In this document: positions 19,401 through 27,235 of the stretch, one piece after another
How the letters are laid out: the number at the start of each line of letters is the position of its first letter
Position numbering within the stretch: position 1 is the first letter of the stretch
NCBI GenBank assembly: GCA_963787835.1
Contig: CAWBEI010000001.1
Location: forward strand, 1-64,000
Length of the DNA stretch: 64,000 nucleotides
From: Ignavibacteriota bacterium
Lineage (GTDB): Bacteria > Bacteroidota > Ignavibacteria > Palsa-1295
Direction: 5' to 3'
Position numbers and translations under genes: made by a program
Notes under the pieces: generated by a model
What the model was told of the DNA's origin: nothing
Seen by the model: only the letters and a program-made list of their open reading frames with translations
Database searches by the model: none

Positions 19401-20856
19401 GACCCTTGGTGACATCACACCAACTTCGGTTGCGGCGACAGGCACGGTAACGGGTTCGAATCTTTCGGGTACAAACACTGGCGATCAGACGATCACGCTG
19501 ACGGGTCCGGTAACGGGCTCCGGCACAGGAACCTTCGCGACGACGATCACGCCTTCGGCGGTGACGTATGGCGATATTCAGAACGAATCGACAGTCACGC
19601 TTCTCGGTAATCCGACAGCCGGATCGGCTGCTCCCAGCGAGATCACGCTTGGTGCTGGCCTCAGCTTCTCTGGAAATACGCTGGTGGGCACAGGCGGAAC
19701 GGTAACCTCGGTTTCGGTGACGACGGCGAATGGCGTCTCTGGTTCGGTAGCGAATCCGACGACGACGCCAGCGATCTCGCTGACCCTTGGTGACATCACA
19801 CCAACTTCGGTTGCGGCGACAGGCACGGTAACGGGTTCGAATCTTTCGGGTACAAACACTGGCGATCAGACGATCACGCTGACGGGTCCGGTAACGGGCT
19901 CCGGCACAGGAACCTTCGCGACGACGATCACGCCTTCGGCGGTGACGTATGGCGATATTCAGAACGAATCGACAGTCACGCTTCTCGGTAATCCGACAGC
20001 CGGATCGGCTGCTCCCAGCGAGATCACGCTTGGTGCTGGCCTCAGCTTCTCTGGAAATACGCTGGTGGGCACAGGCGGAACGGTAACCTCGGTTTCGGTG
20101 ACGACGGCGAATGGCGTCTCTGGTTCGGTAGCGAATCCGACGACGACGCCAGCGATTTCGCTGACGCTTGGTGACATCACACCGACTTCGGTCACAGCGA
20201 CAGGTGCCGGTTCGTTCGGTTCACTCGCAGTTGGAAGCACTGGACAATTCACCGTTGATGCAAGTGGCAACACCGCAACGACTGGTACGCTTGGTGCTGC
20301 TGCTACGACGGTCACAGTGGCGTCAGGAGCTGCGCTTACCATTTCAAATGGTACCGTTAGCTCATCGAACTACGATATTTCTGGAGACAGCTGGAGTGTG
20401 GCAAGCACTGGCGCTGGAAACTTCAATGGCGGACTTTCGCTCTCGAACAGCGTACCTGCTGTTGCGAATCAGATCCAGTTCGATCATGGTGCCGTTGGAA
20501 CCCTTGCTTCAGCTTCGCTCGGTAGTGCACAAACCTGGACGCTTCCGGCAACCGGTGGCACGCTTGCAACGGTAGGCGCACCCATCACTACGCTGGTTTA
20601 CTCCACGGAGAGTGAAGATGGAACCTCGAATTCCGTAACGGTATCAGGTAGCAATACCTTTGCACAGATCACGGGCACGCCGACGGCCAACGTAGCAGTC
20701 TCTGTTACAGCGACGCCAGTTAATGGACAGGTAATTCTCCTGTTCAATAACACGAGCACGTATCCGTTGGTACTCAACGGGCAGTTTGTATTCCCGCAGT
20801 ACACCGGCAAGTTTATCTACTTGACGGGTCCGGGATGGACATTGATGCAGTATTAA
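16459..20856 (+). CDS. Secreted fibre protein 2 (1465 aa)
   Basis: Signal peptide ...ASHA|Q; GAAGGDLGSTYPNP, ANGGTG, YLPLAGGTMTG, GNAATAT fibre motifs; 127-aa repeats; knob-like C-terminus. Confidence 0.85.
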   Translation: MTSIRRFLSRAALGAFAASLFFASASHAQVRQTNIYIDNGSGAFTDLKGGGTGTITFPAVTGTAITTGNLSAITGLGTISSGVWNGTAIGLQYGGTGVDGTNIATNLFFAGPNGSTGSATFRAIAPADLPIATTTTLGAVEADGTTITITGGGVISAVAAAPSGAAGGDLGSTYPNPTVVSVADVTTGVLKIANGGTGAATVGSNNLVFAGPSTSAPGAPSFRSLVASDIPSLSGTYLPLAGGTMTGTETFTVSSGNDITGDSWSVDNAGNVTATSFSGAGTGFTGTATSLNIGGNAATATTAAALSPGATINGVNFTGAAPITVTAAMNTLTGTNYAAGNGSAITNLSGGNITTGTVPYAAIQQESANTLLGNPTAGSQAPEEITIGTGITVTGTTISVTGAPPTGTAGGDLTGSYPGPTIVGTAGNDIVDAINNAATTHNINNTAISITAGAANLSNITVAPTSGTAIQINNATVSTFDISANNWNVQQSGNANFTGGIGVGSNITHVAGTVTILDGTGGYGTLQAAAAIPTNPVWTLPNATGTIALTSQLPAANSFINNSATQQTSANFNIDGSGTIGGTLNVDNIEDAVVLQINTGAGKNTEIGNASGTTTITTSNWGVDNLGNVTATSFSGTGSALTSLSGANITAGSIPYSAITNETASTLLGNPTAGSAAPSEITLGAGLSFSGNTLVGTGGTVTSVSVTTANGVSGSVANPTTTPAISLTLGDITPTSVAATGTVTGSNLSGTNTGDQTITLTGPVTGSGTGTFATTITPSAVTYGDIQNESTVTLLGNPTAGSAAPSEITLGAGLSFSGNTLVGTGGTVTSVSVTTANGVSGSVANPTTTPAISLTLGDITPTSVAATGTVTGSNLSGTNTGDQTITLTGPVTGSGTGTFATTITPSAVTYGDIQNESTVTLLGNPTAGSAAPSEITLGAGLSFSGNTLVGTGGTVTSVSVTTANGVSGSVANPTTTPAISLTLGDITPTSVAATGTVTGSNLSGTNTGDQTITLTGPVTGSGTGTFATTITPSAVTYGDIQNESTVTLLGNPTAGSAAPSEITLGAGLSFSGNTLVGTGGTVTSVSVTTANGVSGSVANPTTTPAISLTLGDITPTSVAATGTVTGSNLSGTNTGDQTITLTGPVTGSGTGTFATTITPSAVTYGDIQNESTVTLLGNPTAGSAAPSEITLGAGLSFSGNTLVGTGGTVTSVSVTTANGVSGSVANPTTTPAISLTLGDITPTSVTATGAGSFGSLAVGSTGQFTVDASGNTATTGTLGAAATTVTVASGAALTISNGTVSSSNYDISGDSWSVASTGAGNFNGGLSLSNSVPAVANQIQFDHGAVGTLASASLGSAQTWTLPATGGTLATVGAPITTLVYSTESEDGTSNSVTVSGSNTFAQITGTPTANVAVSVTATPVNGQVILLFNNTSTYPLVLNGQFVFPQYTGKFIYLTGPGWTLMQY
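18454..20192 (+). repeat. Four complete plus one partial near-identical 381-bp (127-aa) tandem repeats
   Basis: Units start at about 18454, 18835, 19216, 19597 and 19978; the shadow ORFs show the same 381-bp period. Confidence 0.95.
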
Positions 20857-20866
20857 TCCATCGAAT

Positions 20867-20947
20867 TTTTCATCCTCCGCCGTGGGGCGCAACTTGAGAG
20901 CGCACGCGGCGGGGGAATTGAAAATCCCGATCAAAAAAAGTTTTTTT
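20867..20947 (+). terminator. Long GC-rich hairpin between fibre genes 2 and 3
   Basis: TTTTCATCCTCCGCCGTG...GCGGCGGGGGAATTGAAAA followed by A7-G-T8. Confidence 0.5.
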
Positions 20948-21050
20948 CAGTCATCCTATTAGGCATTCATTAGTACGGTTTCAAACGGTCGCAAGACTAT
21001 TTTTCGGATATAAGTTTAATTTCGGTTTTCGTTTAATTCTAAACATCGCC

Positions 21051-24000
21051 ATGAATATCAAAACGCTTTTGGGTCGTGCTGCGACGCTCGCAGTAGGTTC
21101 CTTATTGCTTTTCACGTCCGTTTCTCGCGCACAGGTCCCGCAGACCAAGATCTACCTTTCGGATGGATCTGGCAATATACTCACACTCTCCGCGCTCGGC
21201 AGCGGCGGTGGAACCCTCACGCTTCCCAGCGGCGGCGGTACGCTGCTGACGATGGTGGGCGGGAACTCCTCGCTCGGCACCGTTACCAGCGGTACATGGC
21301 AAGGCACGATGATCGGTTCCGCTTACGGCGGGACGGGCCTGACCTCGTACGCCACGGGAGACATTCTCTATGCCTCGGCTACGAATACGCTATCGGCGCT
21401 GCCTATTGGCGGTCCTGGGCAGGTGCTCGAAGTCGTCAGCGGGGTTCCATCATGGCAGACGGTTGGAGGAACCGGAACGGTGACCAACTTTACGAGCGGT
21501 AACCTTTCGCCGGTCTTCACGACTTCGGTCGCAACATCCACGACCACCCCGGCGCTTACCTTCGCACTTTCTAACGCGGGGCCGCATACCTTCTTAGGGA
21601 ATTCCACCGGCACGTCGGCGGCGCCAACGTATAGCGCGGTCGATCTTTCGGCGGACGTCACCGGGCTGCTGCCGATCAGCGCACTCAACACGACGGGAAC
21701 CGCATCGAGCACCACGTATCTCCGTGGCGATGGCGCGTGGACGACGCTGCCCGCGGCACCCGTCACCAGCGTATCGAACTCCGATGGCAGCCTGACCATC
21801 TCGCCCACGACGGGTGATGTCGTTGCTTCGCTGAATGTCGCAAATCCGAACACGTGGACCGGCGCACAATCCATCATACCAGGCGCGAACGACGTCGTTG
21901 GCCTGACCATCAAGCCGGCTACTGCGTTCGACAAGGATGCCTTCGATGTGCTCTCGCTCGATGGGAGTACCACCTATCTCGGAGTGTTTCCCGGTGGCAC
22001 GGTCGGTATCACCACCATTGCTGTGAAGGGCGGAGATATTAATGGAGCCACGATCGGCGATCTCCTTCCGGAGGCAGGAACGTTCTCCGCGCTTACGTCG
22101 ACAACCGGCCTGACGCTTGGCTCCGGCGCGAACGCCACCACGCTTTCGAGCGCGGCGACGGGTTCTGCCAAGTCGGTGAACCTGCCGAACGCCAACGGTA
22201 ATCTTGCCCTCGTGGCAAGCACGACGGGTCAGATCATGGAAAGCGATGTTTCAGGTCTCGTCAGCGACCTTGCGAGCAAGGGTTCGGGAACGGTTACTTC
22301 TGTGAATGTGGCGATACCCGGTATGACCTCCTCCGGAGCTGTTACCACAAGCGGTACTATTTCTATGAGCGGCGCACTTGCGGTCGCCAATGGCGGAACG
22401 AACTCCTCCGCTGCGCTCACGAACAATAAAGTAATGATCTCCAGCAGTGGCGCCATCGTCGAAGGTCCGGCGTGGGCGGCTGGCTCGCCAGGCACGCTTA
22501 CGGCGAACATCACCGGCAGTGCGGCCTCCGCGACTACCGCAGCGGGACTATCCTCCACGCTGGCGGTGACGAGCGGCGGAACGGGAACTGGAACCGCACC
22601 TACGAGCGCGCAAATTCTTGTCGCGCAGTCCGGAACGGCATACGCGCCGGAAACGGTCGGCGGCGATGCTACGATCACTACAGGTGGGAACCTGGTCGTT
22701 ACCAAAACGAATGGAGTAGCATTTGGATCGGCTGCTACAGCGAACACTTCCGCATTCGATGCCAGCGGTGCGGCAACGACTGCCGTCAATACTGCCGTCA
22801 GCGGGACATCGGGGAAACTGGCCGTCTTTAACGGAACGAATTCCGTTACGAGCGGACCTGCGTATTCCAGCGGCGCACTCACGCTCGGCACAGGATCTTC
22901 CGTTCCAGGGACGATAGCCCTTGCCAATACCACCAACTCGAATTTAACAACTATCGAGGCCGGTGCGCCTGGTGCTGCTATTACCTATATGTTGCCAACG
23001 ACGGCACCGACGGCTAACCAAGTATTACAGTCATCGGCACCTGTTTCTAACGTGGCTACGCTCAGTTGGACGAGCGCAGCTTCGGGAACGGTAACTGGCA
23101 GCAGTTTCACCACCGAGGGCGTGATGTATGCCACAAGCGGAACGGGAATTGCGAGCACGGCAGCGTTGGCGAATGGACAGATCCTTGTTGGCGCGGGTAG
23201 CAGCACAGCACCTTCACCAGCCACGCTGGGCACGAGCAACGGCGTTACGACAGCGGTCGGTGCGGGTACGCTTTCCATCGGACTGGGTGCGATCACGCCG
23301 ACATCGGTTGCTTCGGCTGGAGCAGTCTCTGGAACCACACTCACGGCATCAACTGCCGCCAGCGGACTTGTACTTGGTTCCGGTGTGAATGCGACAACCT
23401 TTTCGAGTGGAGCTACAGCTGCGAGAGCCATCAGCTTCCCGGATGCGGCAGGTACGGTTGCACTGACGACCAGTAACGTTGCAAGTGCCACCAATATTGC
23501 AACGACATTGAATAGCGCCACTGCTACCGCAATGTACCCCACGTTTGTAGCCTCCAATACAACAAGCAACTCACAGGCAGCCAACGTCGCGACTGCACTG
23601 AGCTTCGTACCCTCGACTGGTGTGCTTTCGGCGACGACTTTCTCCGGAAGTGGTGCTTCGTTGACAAGCATTCCGAACTCGGCGCTGACGAACAATTCCA
23701 TCACCATTCAGGGAACCGCCGTCGCGCTCGGCGGGACAACGCTTGCGACGACAAGCACGCCTACGTTTGGGGGAATGACCCTTACTCCTACTGGCTCTAC
23801 GGTTGGTCTTACGATCAACGGTTCCTCATCTGGTAATGATATTACTGGCACGAACTGGTCGGTGACTCACGCAGGTGCGGGAACATTCGTTGGTTTAACC
23901 AATGCAGGTGCAGCAGTTAGTTTGAACAATAGTTCAAATTTTTCAACCAGCATCAACACCGGAACATCAACCGCAGCAGTGCATATTGCAGATGGAACAA

Positions 24001-25172
24001 CGGGCGGCAATGCAATCACTATCGGTAATGCTGTGAGCACAACCGCTGTCACAGTTCTTGCTGGCAGCGGTAATATCAATATCGGTACAGGAACCACGGC
24101 TCAGACGGTGCACATTGCTGACGGCGCGGCAGCGAACGCTGTAACACTCGGTTCCACGACTACTACTTCTACCACAACCATAGCGTCAGGTTCCGGCGGA
24201 GTGCTAATCAACAATGCCAACAACCAACCGACGAGCCTGAACACGGGAACCTCAACCGGCGCATTGCATCTTGCTGATGGGGGTACAGGAGGTAATGCCA
24301 TCACAATGGGTAATGCTAATGGCGCTACCGGTATTACGGCAAAGGTCGGAACAGGTAATTTTAGCCTCGATGGAGCTGCAACCTCAACGTACGCTATTGG
24401 TGCCTCCACCACGTCCGGCACAATTACCATTGGCGGTACGGGGGAAACCGGCAATTTGACACTCGGTTCAAGCACTGGCACGAACACAGAAATTATTGCT
24501 GGTGGATCGGGTGCAACCACGCTACAAATTGCTAATGCACAGACTGGCGGTTCGGTCGCGATTGGAACCGCTATGACGTCCGGCACGATCACAATCGGAG
24601 GTGCGGTTGCACAAACGGGAACCATCATTTTAGGCCAGTCCACTGGCACGAATACCATTGATGTTGGAACGGGAACTGGCGCGACCACGGTAGATATTGC
24701 CACCGGCGCAACGAATGCCAAGACCGTTGCTATTGCGAATGGAGCCGTTGCCAATACTGTTACCATCGGCTCGACAACTGGCGCCGCTACTACTACTCTT
24801 CAAGCTGGCACAGGCGGCAACGTCATCGTTGGACATCTTGTTGACGGGAACTCGTCAAATATTGCGTATACTAGTACCGGAAGTACGGATGTCACCTCTA
24901 CTGTTGTAACTGCTACTTCCGATCTTTCCGGAAACATTTCAGTTACACCCTCGGCAACCCATGCTATTACAGCTGCATTTACGTTCGCAAAAACTTTTGC
25001 GAATGCTCCAATAATAGTTATTACCCCCACAAATACTAATTTCGCCACCGGATTTAATACTCCTGCAGCTCCGATAATTTCTGCAACCTCAACTTCTGGC
25101 TTCAGTGTAGAATTTTATTCGACTGGGAGCGGTAATGCATTCACCTTCAATTATATAATCATGGGCCAGTAA
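21051..25172 (+). CDS. Secreted fibre protein 3 (1373 aa) with H-type-lectin/gp53-like C-terminal tip
   Basis: Signal peptide ...VSRA|Q; YATGDILYASATNTLSALPIG, TTYLRGDGAW and GTITIG repeats; C-terminus FAKTFANAPIIVITP...STSGF...FNYIIMG. Confidence 0.8.
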   Translation: MNIKTLLGRAATLAVGSLLLFTSVSRAQVPQTKIYLSDGSGNILTLSALGSGGGTLTLPSGGGTLLTMVGGNSSLGTVTSGTWQGTMIGSAYGGTGLTSYATGDILYASATNTLSALPIGGPGQVLEVVSGVPSWQTVGGTGTVTNFTSGNLSPVFTTSVATSTTTPALTFALSNAGPHTFLGNSTGTSAAPTYSAVDLSADVTGLLPISALNTTGTASSTTYLRGDGAWTTLPAAPVTSVSNSDGSLTISPTTGDVVASLNVANPNTWTGAQSIIPGANDVVGLTIKPATAFDKDAFDVLSLDGSTTYLGVFPGGTVGITTIAVKGGDINGATIGDLLPEAGTFSALTSTTGLTLGSGANATTLSSAATGSAKSVNLPNANGNLALVASTTGQIMESDVSGLVSDLASKGSGTVTSVNVAIPGMTSSGAVTTSGTISMSGALAVANGGTNSSAALTNNKVMISSSGAIVEGPAWAAGSPGTLTANITGSAASATTAAGLSSTLAVTSGGTGTGTAPTSAQILVAQSGTAYAPETVGGDATITTGGNLVVTKTNGVAFGSAATANTSAFDASGAATTAVNTAVSGTSGKLAVFNGTNSVTSGPAYSSGALTLGTGSSVPGTIALANTTNSNLTTIEAGAPGAAITYMLPTTAPTANQVLQSSAPVSNVATLSWTSAASGTVTGSSFTTEGVMYATSGTGIASTAALANGQILVGAGSSTAPSPATLGTSNGVTTAVGAGTLSIGLGAITPTSVASAGAVSGTTLTASTAASGLVLGSGVNATTFSSGATAARAISFPDAAGTVALTTSNVASATNIATTLNSATATAMYPTFVASNTTSNSQAANVATALSFVPSTGVLSATTFSGSGASLTSIPNSALTNNSITIQGTAVALGGTTLATTSTPTFGGMTLTPTGSTVGLTINGSSSGNDITGTNWSVTHAGAGTFVGLTNAGAAVSLNNSSNFSTSINTGTSTAAVHIADGTTGGNAITIGNAVSTTAVTVLAGSGNINIGTGTTAQTVHIADGAAANAVTLGSTTTTSTTTIASGSGGVLINNANNQPTSLNTGTSTGALHLADGGTGGNAITMGNANGATGITAKVGTGNFSLDGAATSTYAIGASTTSGTITIGGTGETGNLTLGSSTGTNTEIIAGGSGATTLQIANAQTGGSVAIGTAMTSGTITIGGAVAQTGTIILGQSTGTNTIDVGTGTGATTVDIATGATNAKTVAIANGAVANTVTIGSTTGAATTTLQAGTGGNVIVGHLVDGNSSNIAYTSTGSTDVTSTVVTATSDLSGNISVTPSATHAITAAFTFAKTFANAPIIVITPTNTNFATGFNTPAAPIISATSTSGFSVEFYSTGSGNAFTFNYIIMGQ

Positions 25173-25227
25173 TCCACATGTTTTTATAAGTGAGGAAGAG
25201 TTGCCAACGCAGCTAATATTTTTTTCC

Positions 25228-25256
25228 AAACCCCGCTCTTCGGAGCGGGGTTTTTT
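25228..25256 (+). terminator. Intrinsic terminator after fibre gene 3
   Basis: AAACCCCGCTC-TTCG-GAGCGGGGTTTTTT. Confidence 0.85.
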
Positions 25257-25358
25257 AAGAGGCACCCCGAATGCGGTAGGCAGGGTAATTACCTTTCCTG
25301 GCAAAAAGCAAGCCGCAGCACTTTGGCCTGTTATTGCAAAAGTGGGGATAGCGGAACT

Positions 25359-25505
25359 CGCTTCCGGACACAAAGTATATAAAAGCGGAGGTTGTCTGGG
25401 AGAACGTGGCAGCATTTCATGTTACGCCTGCGGCATGTCCCCGGAACCAGCGTTCCCCGCGCGCTTCCGGACACAAAGTATATAAAAGCGGAGGTTGTCT
25501 GGGAG
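25359..25505. repeat. Two identical 44-bp direct repeats separated by 59 bp
   Basis: CGCTTCCGGACACAAAGTATATAAAAGCGGAGGTTGTCTGGGAG at 25359-25402 and 25462-25505. Confidence 0.9.
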
Positions 25506-25579
25506 GCAGTGCCGCAAACAGGGTGGAATCAAGGTTGTGGCTTTGCTCAACCCCGCTTCATCGGAGCGGGTTTGGGGAA

Positions 25580-25607
25580 AAGTATGAAGTATGAAGTATG
25601 AAGTATG
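25580..25607. repeat. Heptamer tandem repeat (AAGTATG)x4
   Basis: Read directly; followed by degenerate GGTAAGA heptamers. Confidence 0.9.
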
Positions 25608-25690
25608 AAAGGAGAGGGTTGGTAAGGTAAGAGGTAAGAAGCAAGAGGTGGGGGTGCGAACCAAAGGGGAATATAGAGGATTTAATATGT

Positions 25691-25999
25691 ATGGCAGATG
25701 ATTTTGAACAGAGAATAAGTAAACTCGAACACAATTTCGAGGATTACATGGCGATCATGGTTCAGTGGCTCGATGAGCTACGAGCGGATCACGAGGTATC
25801 GAAGGCTCGTATTGAACAGAATGAAAAGCGAATGGAGCAGAACGAATGGATTATAGCATCACTCGCCGACACCCAGCGGAGCATGATTCATACCCAGGAT
25901 ACTCTGGTTGAAACGCAGGGGATGATCCTCAAGCTTTTGGACCGTATGGATCAGAAGCTTGACAATCTTGGCAAACCTGGTGCGAACGGTCATTCGTAG
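25691..25999 (+). CDS. Small coiled-coil protein, paralogue of 39587..39829
   Basis: MADDFEQRISKLE...RIEQNEKRMEQNE...LLDRMDQKLDNL. Confidence 0.75.
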   Translation: MADDFEQRISKLEHNFEDYMAIMVQWLDELRADHEVSKARIEQNEKRMEQNEWIIASLADTQRSMIHTQDTLVETQGMILKLLDRMDQKLDNLGKPGANGHS

Positions 26000-26035
26000 T
26001 AACGTTCGTTGAATGTTCTTTGAGGCAGTGATTCT

Positions 26036-26245
26036 GTGACTGAAGATTTTGAAGAGTACCAGAATGAGCGGATACGTCTTTCTAAAGAGACGTTACTTCG
26101 CATTGAAGCGGGTCTTCGGGATTCGCGGGAGCTTATCCGCGCCCAACAATTGATGCATGGCGACCTGCTGCGCCTGCTCAGCGACTTTCGCCGGCGTCAG
26201 GATGACCACGGTGACCGTCTGACGGCGATGGAACCAAGTCATTGA
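26036..26245 (+). CDS. Small coiled-coil hypothetical protein
   Basis: Charged helical 69-aa ORF directly after 25691..25999. Confidence 0.55.
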   Translation: MTEDFEEYQNERIRLSKETLLRIEAGLRDSRELIRAQQLMHGDLLRLLSDFRRRQDDHGDRLTAMEPSH

Positions 26246-26350
26246 CCTGTTTTTTTCCTGAGCGGGGTATAGCACAGAGTTTCTCTCTTACCCCATTCCG
26301 TTTTATCTCAATTCACGGAATGGTTCACAAGTGAAAACATATTGAACTAT

Positions 26351-26389
26351 AAACCCGCCTCACGGTAACGTGGGGTGGGTTTTCTTTTT
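26351..26389 (+). terminator. Intrinsic terminator
   Basis: AAACCCGCCTCACG-GTAA-CGTGGGGTGGGTTTTCTTTTT. Confidence 0.75.
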
Positions 26390-26447
26390 GGGAGGGGAAC
26401 TGCACAGTCCAAATTGATGTGGCACGATTCTTCGTCATCAAATCAGG

Positions 26448-26642
26448 ATGGATCCGTGCAATCAAGCGATCAGTATTGAATTATCACTTGAAAGTGTTAG
26501 AATTCAAGCGTTTCAGGCGTTTGCAACCTCGAGTGTGGAGAAGTTCGTATCATATTGCAAGGAAAAGAATCTTTCACCATCGTATTATAATTTTACGGCC
26601 TGGCTCGCCGTGATATCAGAGCTTAATGCGATAGAGTTATAG
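26448..26642 (+). CDS. Small hypothetical protein
   Basis: 64-aa ATG ORF followed by its own terminator-like hairpin (26679-26718). Confidence 0.4.
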   Translation: MDPCNQAISIELSLESVRIQAFQAFATSSVEKFVSYCKEKNLSPSYYNFTAWLAVISELNAIEL

Positions 26643-26751
26643 TTGTTTGCCACGATATCGCAACTAAGGTCCGCCAATAGAAGACTCCTCACACGATCGC
26701 AACGTGTGGGGTTTTTCTATAAATGGGAACCAGGAACGGAAGTATCCCAAG

Positions 26752-26848
26752 AAAAAAGGCTTGCACCATCTAATAAGTGCAAGCCCCTATGAATGTTGTT
26801 GCCGATCTCCCACACATATAGAGAACGACCGGCTCATTCATCTCCGCA
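26752..26848 (-). ncRNA. Candidate ECF-sigma-driven small RNA
   Basis: Minus strand: GGAAC-N16-CGTT (26879-26855), long G-U-containing hairpin (26841-26789), terminator GGCTTGCAC...GTGCAAGCC-T6. Confidence 0.5.
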
Positions 26849-27092
26849 AATAGCAACGTTCAATCCCTTTGCAAGTTCCATGAAAACGGTGCCGTGAAAA
26901 CTGAAAATGCCCAAAACATAGTTGTCTTTTCAAATATTTTAAGAAAACGTTTTCTTATAGACGTATTGTGTGGTTCCCCCTCATTTAGGTAGAACTAAGA
27001 TTACCCATGATTGTTTTCAGAGCCGCAACCCGATTCAGGCGGACCGTCAGTAATGGGGAGACGTTTTTATCAGGTTGTTTGGTTGCGAATAT

Positions 27093-27121
27093 AAAACCCC
27101 GTTATCGCAAGCGGGGTTTTT
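27093..27121 (+). terminator. Terminator-like hairpin ~115 nt upstream of fibre gene 4
   Basis: AAAACCCCGTTATCGCAAGCGGGGTTTTT. Confidence 0.65.
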
Positions 27122-27235
27122 ATAGCGTGAATGATCCGCCTTCACTTTCGTAATCACTATTAGTCTTTGCTTCGAATATTTGAAAAACTTCCCAGTTTTT
27201 TGTTCTTTCAACGCTCGTAAACGAAACAAAATAGT

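Noticed and set aside
25359-25505. CRISPR array
   Set aside because: Only two repeat copies, a 59-bp spacer and no cas genes in the window.
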